Assembly: GCA_002269645.1 (NCBI GenBank)
Contig: NIVC01000299.1
Span: forward strand, 186,001 to 250,000
DNA from: Macrostomum lignano
Lineage: Eukaryota
Direction of reading: 5' to 3'
Length of the DNA stretch: 64,000 nt
The notes beneath the pieces are model-generated. The model saw nothing but the letters and a program-made list of their open reading frames with translations. It did no database searches and was not told the origin of the DNA. Position 1 is the first letter of the stretch; each line of letters opens with the position of its first letter. This document shows positions 1 through 12,845 of the stretch, piece by piece. The position numbers and the translations under genes were made by a program.

Positions 1-3000
1 TGATTATTCGAAATACATTTACCTGCATGTGCAATTGTATACGCAAAAAAATTGACCTCTTTATTCTTGTTTGGTGAATGAAAATCTCGATACTGGATAC
101 ATCACCTTATATGAAGAAACAGATCCACGGGACGACTCTACATGTAGTTTTTTATGAAGTTTGCGGAGGGGCACTACTAAACAGTACATGTACAGTACTA
201 CATGCCAACCGCGCGTTTCCTCATGGCCGCGGAATGGATATCCCTCCAGTTGTTGCCAAGTCAGAAAGTAGAAATCCTATACTAGCTAATTGTCCGCTTA
301 ATGGCCTCGTAAATTTACATTTACAAGCTTACATCCTCCAATTAAGCTGGAGTTCAATTTCGCTTGATCAAACTTCATCGATTTCAACTAACGACTCAAA
401 ATAATTCGTTTTTCGAGCGCTGCAAATTATAATGTCCGAGCCCTGGAGAGAATGGGCCGAATGCACGCGATATCTAAAATATTTACACAGTAAATACGAT
501 CGAGACCCAGCGTTTTTGCACATTCAGCCGCATCATTATTATAAACTTGCCCTATAGCTGCGGATCAAAGCTGTACATGTAAATCAGCAACGCAATTGTT
601 GATTGCACCGTTCTTCATATCGTCGAAGACCTAAAAACTAAAATTGTCTGTCGTTTTCACAAGCTCGCATCGATCGGATCATAAGCTCAAAAACTTCATA
701 TCGTCAAAGGTGTAATTAAAAAAACGTACATGTACAGTGCATGCACTGCTCATCACTTTTTTAAGTTCAGAATCGAAATTTACACACTAAATACGCACTA
801 AATTTTACGTCGTCCAAATTTTATAATATTGTCTGCATTACATATAAACACGTAGAGTACGCTCGAAAAATTACGCGATGTCTGATTGCTCGTTACTTTT
901 GTGTTCTGTTGTTGAATTAACGAACGCAGAAACAAGATAGATAATTATCCGGGCGCTCAGTGGCACCAAAAGAGGGCTTGGCCAATAGGAGGGCGGCTCG
1001 TATATTTATGCACGCGGGGAAGGAAAGTTCTAGAAAGACCGGGAGAGGAAACTTCTGGAACAATGCGTAAACAGTACGTCCTGCTGTGGAAGTTTCTAGA
1101 AACCCTGTCCACAAAAAAAACTATCCCTACGCATTGCATGCCTTTGCAATACACAACATTTTGCACTAAACTGACTCTTATAGAGCGAAAATTCATCATA
1201 TGCTTGAAATTCCGCATCGTGGAATTTGCGATCGTTATGAGCGAGCAGCAGAAATGTGTAAACTGCACGAAAGTGTGCACAGAAGTGTTGCCTGAGTTGT
1301 ACACGGAATTCTCGCTCGTTTATAGAGTCTGTCATTCAGAAAGCTACAAATAAGTGGTTTTTGGCAACATATAATTCGAAATGTGGGAATTTTTTTGCAT
1401 TCGATGGATTTACAATTTAATTTTCCAAGCGAATTTTTTGACAAATTACTTTCAATGCTACTTCCTTCTGAGCCCTGAGCAACCACAGAATTTTTGTAAA
1501 GATACAGCTACATATTATTATTCTTCTTCTATAGCTACATAAATTACTTCTGCTTCAGGTTAGGTTAGATAAGCATATGGCCACAGCTTTTGAGCAGAAT
1601 TCTTTGGCTGAATTTTTCAACCAAAAAATCAGATGGGAAGACCATTTTTAGTATATGGATATCTTGATTCTATTCATAAATTCTGAGATTCAGGCTTTGG
1701 GAAATAAATTTCCATCTTTGCAGAATTGAAAATAACGAATTTTTACGGATTTTACAATTTACGAATCGGGTCGATCGAATTTTTAAACATATAGATATTT
1801 TACTTTTCTATCCTCGATGATGCAACTGGATAGACAGATAATGATGATTTTTAGTTAGCTAGGGACTGGGCTAAGGGTGGGCTAAGTTTGCTTATGTTAC
1901 CCGAATTTGGTCAGTGCTTTGCTACTACTAACTAAGCCTTCTAGTCGTTTTTATGTAATAAACACCAAGCAGGGCCTTTGGCTTTTACTATGGACAACGT
2001 AACTTGAATTTGAAATTGGACCTTTTCGTTACCGCAAATCTTTTTTGAAAGCATAAGCCAAAAGGCCTTAGTAAATAGTCATAGACTCTAGTCTTGGCTG
2101 AGCTCGATATTTTTTTACCCAATTTACCTAATTATTAAGCTGTAATTACAGTAGGGGGCCTACAGTTAGATCTCGCATTTTTAAATTAGGATTTGGTCCA
2201 CATTTTTCTAATGATAGTAATAAAGTACAGCGTACAAGCTGGAATGGGTGTACAGACCAGACTACAATCAGGAACTCCTAAGCTCGCTTCGCTTAGGTGG
2301 ACATGATGCCAGTTTTTTCCCCCTCCATTGCCAGCTGGAGGCTGATTTTATTGGATAGAATTCTTTCATCTTTGCATTTATTTGACTTTTCATTGATATC
2401 TAGCTTTCTAGCAAATACAATCTTTTTGGCTATGTAATAATATATATTATCAACCATTATAATGATATGCTTGTCTCTCTTACTATGTGTTTTAGACTTA
2501 GTCCTTGTTTTTAAGTATTTTACTAGGGCCTAGGCTAGGGCCTACCTATTGATTCCATAGACCTAGGCCTATTATAGACCTGGTCTTTTATAAAGATGAT
2601 AATTATTTATACGAAAAGCAAGTGCTATAAATAGCTAATATTTGTCTTTGAAGATGACAAATATTTTACAAGTTAATAGCCTAGTTTAATAGTAAACTAG
2701 TAAACTAACAAGTAGGTAAATATAAAAGTCTAATATAAATATTCCTAACTTCTTTTTTCTTCTAGGATAGCCCTGTAACCAATTCAAGCACTCCTTTAAT
2801 TTTTTTAAAGCTAGGCCTAAGCACTAGGCACTACTTAAAATCTAAGCACTTTTGGCTTTGCTTTCTATTAAAATTGCTAAGTTTAATTATAACCTAAATA
2901 TAACTTTTGATAAAATATACTTATTAAATGTTCTTTATCTAAAAAACTAACTATCAAAGCCATTTTAAACTTTGTTCTTAGTGTCGTAGGGATGCTTCCT

Positions 3001-4264
3001 TCTTAATAATATCCCACCTCTGCCACCAAAAGCTGTCCCAGGGCTCTTATTTATTCTTTTGTTTAGCCTTATTAGCTACTACCAAGTTGTCACAGGGGTG
3101 TCTCCTTTTACTGAAATTGTCAAAGGGCTAAATTTCCTACACTAATCTTTAAGTTGGTAGCTGCCACCAGGATTATCCTATTAATAAATTATGAGTTTAT
3201 CAATCTTAGAATAATCCGAAAAATGTTTCTTAGAATTGATCTGAGTATATATCTTAGTATTTAGTCTGAGTATTTAGTCTGAGTATTTAGTCTGAGTATT
3301 ATTATTAGAAAACTATTAGCCCTTAAAGATTTTATTCCTCCGTTATTCTGGTAGCATTCTATTTAATAATTTGGCCTGAGCAGTATTTTGGCTTACTGGT
3401 ATATGTATTTCATGTACTTTGCAAGTCTTTGGTCGTTACCGAGATCAGAGGGTCACAGCCTCTGGTTATTCTTACATGAATCACTTCAGATCTACTTCAT
3501 ATTTTCTCACTACTCAATGCTGCTGCTTATCAGTAGTGTATACTGTATATGCTTCAATCTGCTTTACTCTTACTTCTTAAAAAGAATCAACACAGAAAAC
3601 ACCTCTTCAATTAGATTTTCTCGGAACTCTTATTATTAGCTATCAACTGTTTTATTATTGAACCGCAATGCGCGAGGTTGGTTCTTCCTCTGCCGAATTC
3701 GCTTCTATTTATACCATTTTTACTTGTAGATTAAAACAAAAATTAATTCACAAAAATAATATGAAAAATACAAGTATTAAAACAAAAAGAAATTGCATCT
3801 TAGTTTTGGTGTAAATTTGAGTTTAACTATTTGGTAACTATTTTATAGCAAATCAGGAGGGGCCCTTTACAACCTGCCTCCCCTAAATAAAAATTTTAAA
3901 CAAGGTTACTACTATTAGTAAGCGAGTGCAAAATTTTTGATCTGATACAAGAGAAGGTGCAATAAAACAACTAAACAGTGAATAAAGAATTGAACTATGG
4001 AGTTATCACGATACATGAATACTAGGCACAAAACTATGTAATAGAAAAATAAAGCACTATGTACGGCACAAAAATAAGTAGGCAAAGAATAAAACGCTAA
4101 ATCATATATAGACACTAAGTGAATAAAGCAGAAAGAAAACTAGTAAACTATTAGAGAACGACATAGAAAAATACAACAGATGACTAAAAGCACGTCAGTA
4201 ACATAATGAAAAAGGCCTGCTTAGAACTTGCAAGGGTTCGGGAGTTCGCGAAAATAGGGCCATC

Positions 4265-5188
4265 CTAGGAGGCCAAAACTCCAGTGTTTAGTAGGCGTCG
4301 CTGAGTTACCTGCGAGTCAGCCCTCATAACGCGCTGGAGCTCTTCGGCGATGTGCTGCAGAAGCGCCACTGCCTCAGTCGATGAGCAAAGTTCGCGCAGT
4401 GCTCTGATGGCGGCCCAAGCCTGCGAACGTTGCGGCAGAGCTTGATCGAGACGCAGGTGGCCGATGCGCTGCAAGTATTGCATCAGGCCGAAGCAAACCC
4501 TCTCGACCGGTTCGCCTGTCTCGAGGAGTCGCTGAGCCACCTCCTGGTAGCTTCCGGCGAGCTCTGGTCGTGGCGGTCGTGGTGCAACGGCGGCCTGCTG
4601 ACGAGGGGCAGCAGTGGCAGCCTGCTGGCGAAGCGCAGCAGCGTCGGCAGCCTGCTGGCGAGGCGCAGCAGCGGCGGCAGCCTGCTGGCGAGGCGCAGCA
4701 GCGGCGGCAGCCTGCTGGCGAGGCGCAGCAGCGGCGGCAGCCTGCTGGCGTCGCCCTGACGGTGGAGCATTTGCTGGAGGCTGAAGCTGAACCGTCCGAC
4801 GCTCGGGTGCAGCCTTGCCGGCTGCCGATCCTTGACTCGAGGGTGCCGCGTAGACTCGCACAGGGGCAGCGGCAGCGGCCTGCAGGATGGCAGCCCGCTT
4901 CGGCGGTGTCGGGCCATTCACCTGCAGTCGCTGGCTCGACGTTGGCGACTATGGCCTCGGCCGCTTGCTGGAGTCTCCTGGCAGTTTCGGTCGTGTAGAA
5001 CAACGCAATGGTGCCTCAATCTCCGCTGATTCTGACGGTCTTTCTCGCGGACTTGACGCGCTCGGGGCTGGCGGAGTCGGCGGTCTTGGAGCTGGGGCTG
5101 GCTGTCTTGGAGCTTCGTCTCCTGATAAGTCGCTATCCGACAGGGCTCCGCCCAGCAATTCTAAGATATTATCTACGTAATTGCTCAT
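4265..5188 (-). pseudogene. Orphan 307-codon Pro/Ala/Gln-rich ORF with a single internal TAG and a helical C-terminal domain
   Basis: Track ORFs 4949..5188 and 4265..4921 are in the same frame, separated only by TAG at 4949-4951. It contains 30-bp repeats encoding AAAAAPRQQA. No family recognised. Confidence 0.5.
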
Positions 5189-5272
5189 AATTCTACAATG
5201 AAATTCCTTACGTTCTAATAGAGAGCTAATTACTGTGAAGTATGGGGTTCTGAGAGCTCTATGGGGTTTCGT

Positions 5273-5404
5273 ATTTATATGCGGCCAGCCGAAAAACTGG
5301 ACCGCATCGTTGTGTTCGCGCTTTCGCTTTCGAAGGGTTTAATGGGGTCACGTGTCCGTCAACCATAGCGGCTCTCTAGCGTTCGCTTCGCGGGCTCTCA
5401 TTGG
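5273..5404 (-). promoter_or_regulatory. Pol II core promoter for the minus-strand ORF
   Basis: TATAAAT at 5279-5273, E-box CACGTG at 5349-5354 and CCAAT at 5404-5400, in the expected order upstream of ATG 5188. Confidence 0.5.
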
Positions 5405-5989
5405 CTCAGAGCAGCGCACCGTTGCTAAGCGTTGCTAGGATTTTTACTGACTTCAGATTTCTTCACACAATTCTCTCATTTCTACTACTAGTAATGCGCA
5501 GTGTTTTTGTATTTTTTTTCAAAATCTTTTTGAAAAAAGATTCATAGCAAACATATTTGTCTGTGACAATTTTACTTTAATAAAGCGATTTTTTTAACTG
5601 AAGAAGGAATTGGTTCTTGAGAAAAAGTTTTTAACTTTAGTTTGGAATTTAGTAAATGGATTGGACAAGAATAGAAATGGTAGTCAATTTAGGCTTAGCC
5701 TATTTGCATTAGGCCAATTGACATTGAGTTAGCAAAATAAAGAAATAGTACTCTATTATCGCCTTGATTGATATTCTGTTCCACATTATATATATTGCAC
5801 TATTTTTTTCTATTAACTAGTATTCTTGATAACAAGTAAGTAGGTAATTAAACTTTTCAGAGAGCAGCACTTTGGCCAAGCAGCAGTGTAGTGGCGCGCT
5901 AAAGCAAAGGTGGTTTTCTAACCCAGGCGATAGCAAAGGGTTCAGTTTTCCTGCCAACCTTTGTTCTGCAATGACTCCATTGCTGCACA

Positions 5990-8900
5990 ATGAGTGCCAC
6001 AGCAACTGATAACAACAATTTAGCAGAAGCAGAGCCGCTGGAGTTTACTTCTGCTAAAGCAAAAACTAAGAGCTGCGAAAGCCTCGACATAAAAAAGTCT
6101 TTGTCGCAAAGTCCCCCCAAAGTTGTGGACGAGCTGACAGATTCGAAGTCAAAGCAAAGCTGTTTGTCAAAGTCTGAACTCGAACGGAAGCGCAAAAGCG
6201 TATCAAAGCTGGACAAAGGCGACCTGCGTCACCAGATCGACTGGCAGAGCAAGCGGCACCGGGCCACCAAAGAGGCAATAGCAGACAATGAGGCCAACAG
6301 TTCTGCGTCGGAGCGGGGCAGCTCTAATCCCCGCGTCGATTCTAACAAAGATAAAAAGACAAAAAAGAAAAATCGTCACAAAAAATCGTCAGCAACTCGA
6401 GAGACCGTTGATAAGGAGGATAAAAAAAGCATCGAGAAGTCGCAAAAAAGTCGGCACAGGCATCGGTCGAAGGCATCAAAAATCGAGCGGCAATCGCGAC
6501 CCCTTGAGTCCAAATCTAGGTCAAGGTCGCCCTCCAAGCGAAGATCTTTTTCAAAGCCGATGGCCAAACCGCCAGATTCTCCAAGTCGGTTAAAGTCGGG
6601 GTACGGGTCGAAGTCAAGACAACAAGCGCGGCCAGAATCTAAGTCAAAGCATAGACAAAGAGAGAGGTCAAGGTCCAAATCTAAGCGCCAGTGTAGGTCA
6701 AGGTCAAAGTCTGAATCTTCGCGTCGATTAAGAAGGTCAAGGTCATTGTCGAAATCACACCAGCGATTGAGGTCAAGGTCGCGTTCGGGGCCCAGATTCC
6801 GGCCGCCGGTGCAGAGGCGCCGATCCAAGTCAACATCCCGACGACGGCATCAAGCAAGGCGGCGGTCGATGTCCAGAAGAAGGTCAAGGTCAAGACGGCG
6901 CTCTCGACCCCGATCGCCTTCAAGGTCAAGGTCGCGATCCAGGCCAAGGTATTCTCGACTGAGACAGATATCTGAATCGTCCGGCAACAATTGGCGCAAT
7001 CGTCATGCCAGATCGCCGCCCAGATCAGCTGCCAGAAAGTCTCGAGACCGCTCATCGTCTTTGTCCTCAACAGGTTCCTCGTCTTCTGACGGCGGTTCCT
7101 CTTCATCGTCAGCTGATGTAAAGCCAATAGTGACTTCACGTCCGCCGCCTCCGCCTGTCAGCGATGGCGTGACGGTTGCATTCCCCTCGCACGTCGGCTT
7201 TTACCCGGCCACCAACAGCTACTATATGCAGCAGCCACCCCTTGGCTACTACCATGGTCAGCAGTACGCCTACGACCCTATGCAGGCTTATCAGCAGCAG
7301 GCGGCTTATTCCGCAAACCCTGCAGTTTATCAGAACGGCTACCAGACAGCAGTGGATCCCAATTACTTCCCCGGCTATAGCGCCGCAGCTTACATGTACG
7401 CGCAACCGCAGGCTTTGCAAGAAGATCCTACTCAGTACGCAGCTCCGCTGGACCCTGCCTTTACAGCTAATGGACAAGTCGATGAGACTTCGGTACCGCC
7501 GCCCCCTCCTCCACCGCCACCGCCGCCTCCGCCGCCTGGAGACGCCGAGAAGCCGAAGCCTGCAGCGGCCGCCACCGCCGACGAGGCGCCGCCGCAGATT
7601 GACGGCCAGTTGTCGCGATATCGCGAATTCTTCGCCAAACAGTTCGGCAATTCGTCAGCTGGATGCGGCACTGGCGCCGGCGGCGACCTTCAGCAGGAAG
7701 CCACCACCAACGGGAAGGTCGCGCCGTCGTTAGGCCGCGCCCTGAAGCCGCACTCGACTTTCGCCTACTTTCTAGAGAAATTTCAACCAGTGTCCACCGA
7801 GGCTGATCAGACATTCGACGCTACTCCGGGGCCTCCTGCAGTCGACAGTCAGGAGTCAAAGAAGCCGGAGACGGTTAGAACTAGCGGCAAATCCAGTTCG
7901 CCGAAGCCGGAGGAGCAGCAGCCGTCCACTGCCAAAGCGGGCGTCTCGAACGATGTTGCTCCCAGCTTCCCCGGCTGCGAGCCAGGCGGGCCGCCGCCGC
8001 CAAAGTACGAGCACATTGACTCCAACGTGTACCTGCGCAGCCAGCCCAAACTGGCCTTCCGTGCCTGGCTGTGCGACTGCACGCTGCCCAGCGAGGAAGG
8101 GCAGCTGAACAAAGACTACAAAGCCTGCACAGACGAGTGCATGAACCGGCTGCTGCAGATCGAATGCACGGATCGGTGCAACTGCGGCGCCTACTGCACC
8201 AACAATCAGTTCGCCAACAGGCGCTACGCTCCGCTCACTCCGTTCTACGCTGGCCCGGCCAAAGGCTGGGGCCTCAAAACCACCGCCGAAGTCCCGGCCG
8301 GCGCCTTTCTCATCGAATACGTCGGCGAGGTGATCGACTTCGCCCAGTTCAAGCGGCGCATCATAGCCTACGAGAAGAGCGGCTGCCCGCATCACTACTT
8401 TATGTCGCTGGAGTCAGACGTTATCGTTGACGCCGGCGCCAAGGGCAACTGGGCCCGATTCGCCAATCACAGCTGCTCGCCGAACTCCGACATCCAGAAG
8501 TGGACAGTTGGCCGGCAGCAGCGGGTTGGCTTCTTCGCACTGCGCGACATTCCCGCAGGCGAGGAGGTCACCGTTGACTACGGCTTCGTGCAGTACGGCC
8601 GAGAGCTGCAGAAGTGCTACTGCAACAGTCCGAACTGCACAGGCGTGATGGGCAGCCGCAGTCAGCAGCTGCAGGACCGCGTGCAGGCCAGGGACTCCTC
8701 CGCCCGCGACCGCCAGGTGGCCCGGCTGCTCCGGCTGGACCGGCTGGGTTCGCCTGATGACGCTCGTTGTCTGGTGCGACTGCTTGTTCAGGTGAGAGGA
8801 ACGAGTGTAGCTTATGAGGCTCTTAGTGTAGCTTATGAGCGCTTAGTGTAGCTTATCAGGCGCTTAGTGTAGCTTATGAGGCTCTTAGTGTAGCTTATGA

Positions 8901-11897
8901 GCGCTTAGTGTAGCTTATGAGGCGCTTAGTGTAGCTTATGAGGCTCTTAGTGTAGCTTATGAGCGCTTAGTGTAGCTTATGAGGCGCTTAGTGTAGCTTA
9001 TTGTGAGGCGATTAGTGTAGCTTATTGTGAGGCGATTAGTGTAGCTTATTGTGAGGCGATTAGTGTAGCTTATTGTGAGGCGATTAGTTTAGCTTATTGT
9101 GAGGCGATTAGTTTAGCTTATTGTGAGGCGATTAGTTTAGCTTATTGTGAGGCGATTAGTTTAGCTTATTGTGAGGCGATTAGTGTAGCTTATGAGGCTC
9201 TTAGTGTAGCTTATGAGGCGCTTAGTGTAGCTTATGAGGCGCTTAGTGTAGCTTATTGTGAGGCGCTTAGTGTAGCTTATGAGGCCGTTACTGTAGCCTT
9301 TGAAGCGTTTAGTGCAGCTTATTGTGCGCTTAGTGTAGCTTACTATGCGCTTAGTGTAGCTTAGTGTAGCTCTGCGTTTAAAACGCCCGACTCTCGCGCC
9401 AAAGTCTGTACGCCGCCGCCACACTTATTTGGGGCTCGAGTGCACGAAAATTGGCCTGAAGCCTGGTTCTCACCCTAGAAAATGGGGAAATCAGTGTCAC
9501 TGTGCACCTTAAGTGAGTGCTCAGGGGTCAGCGGAATGGGCGTGATGTAGCAAATATAGCCAATAAAAGTACACAATGTTGCCGCTATACAGGAGAGCCT
9601 GGACTGGGACACCCGAATGCGGCTGGTCCGCCTTGTTGGCAACACGGACTGCTCGGCCAGCCTGCAGGCGCTTCGCCGCTGTCACGCTGTCGACGTGCTG
9701 TCCTCATACCTGCGCGAGCTGGTCGCTGACGACGCCGCCGCCGCCATTTCCGGCGCCTCCGTCCCGGCTGACGATGGCTCGTCGAATGTCCAAGCGACTG
9801 GCAGCGCGCAGACGCTGGTGCTGGCGTTGGCCCAGCTGCCCGTGGCCTACACCCAGCATGTGGCTCAGGCCATGCCGCTGCTGGAACGCCTGGCCGACTG
9901 CGCCGCCGCCCGCAGTCTGCTGGACCGGTGGCGCCAGCTGCCCGGCCAGCCGTTCGGCGGCCTGCGGATTCCCAAGAAGCGCCCGGAGCTGCGCCAGACG
10001 CCCCCGGACCCTGACGACCAACCGGAGACGCCGCCGCTACCGACATCGCCGGCTTCTTCGTCGGCGCCACCGAAGGTGCAGTCGCTGATGCCGGAGCTGC
10101 CGCCGCAGCCGCCGGCCCGGCCTTCAACTCGGCGGCTGCCCAAGGCGGAATTCCGCCGCCTGTTCGAAGCCTACGTGGCCTTCGATGACGAGCAGCGGAA
10201 GGCGGCCGCCGAAGCCGAAGCTGCCGCAGCCGCCGCCGCCTCGGCCTTTGCGAAGCCATCGCCTGCCGACCTGTTGAAGGACGATCAGGCGATGGAGAAG
10301 GTGATCGGCCTGCTGTCCAAGTTCCTCAACTACCTGCTGAGCCACGGCGACCCGCAGTGCGCCCTGACCGACGCCGAGCTGCTCTCCGTAGCGGAGGATC
10401 GCCGGCTACTGGGTCTGCTGGAGTACATCAAGAATCTGGACGATGTCAGCATCATCACCGACAAGATGGAGCTCGTGCCGGCCGCTGTGCAGCCTCCCGC
10501 GCAGCCGCCGCCGCTGCAGTCGCCGAGCGAGGAGGAGCGAGTGAAATTTGTTGAACAGCTGCACCAGCTGATTGTTGAATGCGTGGATGGAGTGTACGCC
10601 TCCGGCTGCGTGGACGAGATGGTCAGGTAGTCAGATAGTCACTATACCCCCATGAGCCTTGACATCTCAGCAATTCCCCCCCCCCATGAGCCACAGCATC
10701 TCAGCTATTCCCCCCATAAGCCACAGCAACTTAGCAATTCCCCCCATGAGCCACAGCATCTCAGCTATTCCCCCCATGAGCCACAGCATCTCAGCTATTC
10801 CCCCATAAGCCACAGCAACTTAGCAATTCCCCCCATGAGCCACAGCATCTCAGCTATTCCCCCCATAAGCCACAGCAACTTAGCAATTCCCCCCATGAGC
10901 CACAGCATCTCAGCTATTCCCCCCATGAGCCACAGCATCTCAGCTATTCCCCCCATGAGCCACAGCATCTCAGCAATTCCCCCCATGAGCCACAGCATCT
11001 CAGCTATTCCCCCCATAAGCCACAGCAACTTAGCAATTCCCCCCATGAGCCACAGCAACTTAGCAATTCCCCCCATGAGCCACAGCATCTTAGCAATCCC
11101 CCCCATGAGCCTTGGCATCTCAGCAATTCCCCCCATGAGCCACAGCAACTCAGCAATTCCCCCCATGAGCCACAGCAACTTAGCAATTCCCCCCATGAGC
11201 CACAGCATCTTAGCAATCCCCCCCATGAGCCTTGGCATCTCAGCAATTCCCCCCATGAGCCACAGCAACTTAGCAATTCCCCCCATGAGCCACAGCAACT
11301 TAGCAATCCCCCCCATGAGACTTGGCATCTTAGCAATTCCCCCCATGAGCCTTGGCATCTTAGCAATTCCCCCTCATGAGCCTTGGCATCTTAGCAATTC
11401 CCCCCCCATGAGCCTTGGCATCTTAGCAATTCCCCCCCATGAGCCTTGGCATCTTAGCATTTCCCCCCATGAGTCTTGGCATCTTAGCAATTCCCCCCCA
11501 TGAGCCTTGGCATCTTAGCAATTCCCCTATGAGCCTTGGCATCTTAGCATTTCCCCCTACGAACCCTCTAATTCAGAGAGTCTCCCATCCTTGGAACTGA
11601 TTCTAAATTCTTAGAAGGAACAAGTTTCCCTTAATTGATAGTCAGATTTAAACTGATTCAGTCTCACTAATCCTCCTCTCTACCATGTCCAGACCTCGGC
11701 GGGACCAGGCGCTGCTGGCCCCCCAGCTGGTGCAGCAGCTCATGTCCCCGGGCCACATTGAGCAGCTCATGCGGCACACGGGCGGCCGCCTCGCGCTGGA
11801 CACAGCTGTGCAGACCTTTGTCCGCGAGTTCGTGGTGGACTTCATGCTGCAGCCCACGCCAGCCACCGTTGAAGCTGCCGCAACTGCTTTGAAATGA
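5990..11897 (+). CDS. SETD2: SETD2/Set2-like histone H3K36 methyltransferase, about 1346 aa; exons 5990-8791, 9593-10626, 11693-11897
   Basis: RS-rich N-terminus, AWS (CDC...CMNRLLQIEC), SET (YVGEVID, HHYFMSL, RFANHSCSPN, EEVTVDY), post-SET (CYCNSPNCTG) and Set2 motifs LRIPKK and EFRRLFE. GT-AG introns of phase 0 and 2 join in frame. AATAAA at 11978-11983. Confidence 0.9.
8804..9365 (+). repeat. 21-24 bp minisatellite (TAGTGTAGCTTATGAGGCGCT) in SETD2 intron 1
   Basis: Direct tandem copies starting about 12 bp after the splice donor. Confidence 0.95.
10647..11560 (+). repeat. About 30-bp minisatellite (CCCCATGAGCCACAGCATCTCAGCTATTCC) in SETD2 intron 2
   Basis: Direct tandem copies with variants changing along the array. 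Confidence 0.95.
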
Positions 11898-12774
11898 GCG
11901 ACTTATTTTATTTCTTGCATGTCCTAATTATACTACTAATGTTTTCATCTACCAGTAGTGCATAAAGCAAGTTAGTAAATAAATTTGATAGCGTTAAAAG
12001 TAATCAAATTTGTGTCCGCTAACGTGCCTGCCTGCCTTAGTGTTTTCTAATCCGAATGTCGCCTCCATATCGAGAGTATTGAAACTGCCTGTCATGTTCA
12101 ACATTCCCCTGTTCTATTTACCTACTCATTAGAAGTGCTCCAGGTACTTTTTCTGCTGGCTTGTGTGTGTTCAAATTCCCCGAATAATCTCAAGGACTTC
12201 TCCTGACGCGGCTATAATATTAAGAATGACTTGTAACTGTATAGCCTTACGGTCTAAAATAGTGGTCATTGTGAATTATCATGTAGTTGATTTATTTAAT
12301 AGCACAGCTTTCAAATCGGTGTTGTGCACTTTAATAATATTGCGAAACTGATTGAGGCTTCTATTCGAAATGGCAGCTAAATTTGTTTATCCAAGCTTGT
12401 GACCCTAAGCTCATTTACGTTCAGTTTATTGTGCTGTCTTTTTTAAAAGTGCAGGCGGAAACAGTGTGATTTGTGAAATATAGCATACGAGTGCAGCAAA
12501 GTTAGCAGCGGGTGTATCAAGTGCCTGCTCTTGGCCAGTGAATTCAGTCTTCATTTCCTTCTTTTGCATGCGACCAGGTCCAGTTTTGAATAATAGAGAG
12601 TCGCCTTTAGAACTGGAATTTTGTCAGGCATAGGATTAACACTCAGTCCCTAATCTTCTTTAATAACCGTGTTAGGCTCTAGTAATTATAATAATAATTG
12701 ATTACACCTATCCAAATTGGACCAGATGTGCAACCGACAGCTCAGCCGCAGCTATTGCTACACAAATTGTTTCA

Positions 12775-12845
12775 GTGAGATCGGGAATCGAACCCTCGAC
12801 CTTCAAGTCGTGAGTCCGACGCTCTGACCACAGGGCTACAACCCC
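12775..12845 (-). other. Degenerate tRNA-derived sequence (SINE head or tRNA pseudogene)
   Basis: Minus strand has A-box-like TAGCCCTGTGGTCAGAGC, anticodon-like loop CTCACGA and B-box GGTTCGATTCC. Acceptor and anticodon stems pair poorly. Confidence 0.6.

Noticed and set aside
3860-3900. PPT plus TGTAAAG as a 3' LTR closing an element around the orphan ORF
   Set aside because: No matching 5' LTR or PBS near 5200-5500.
8792-8851. Track C-terminus VRGTSVAYEALSVAYERLV of the 953-aa ORF
   Set aside because: Read-through into intron 1; the Set2 homology continues in the exon at 9593.
10652-11503. 283-aa ORF and antisense ORFs
   Set aside because: Artefacts of a 30-bp intronic minisatellite lacking stops in some frames.
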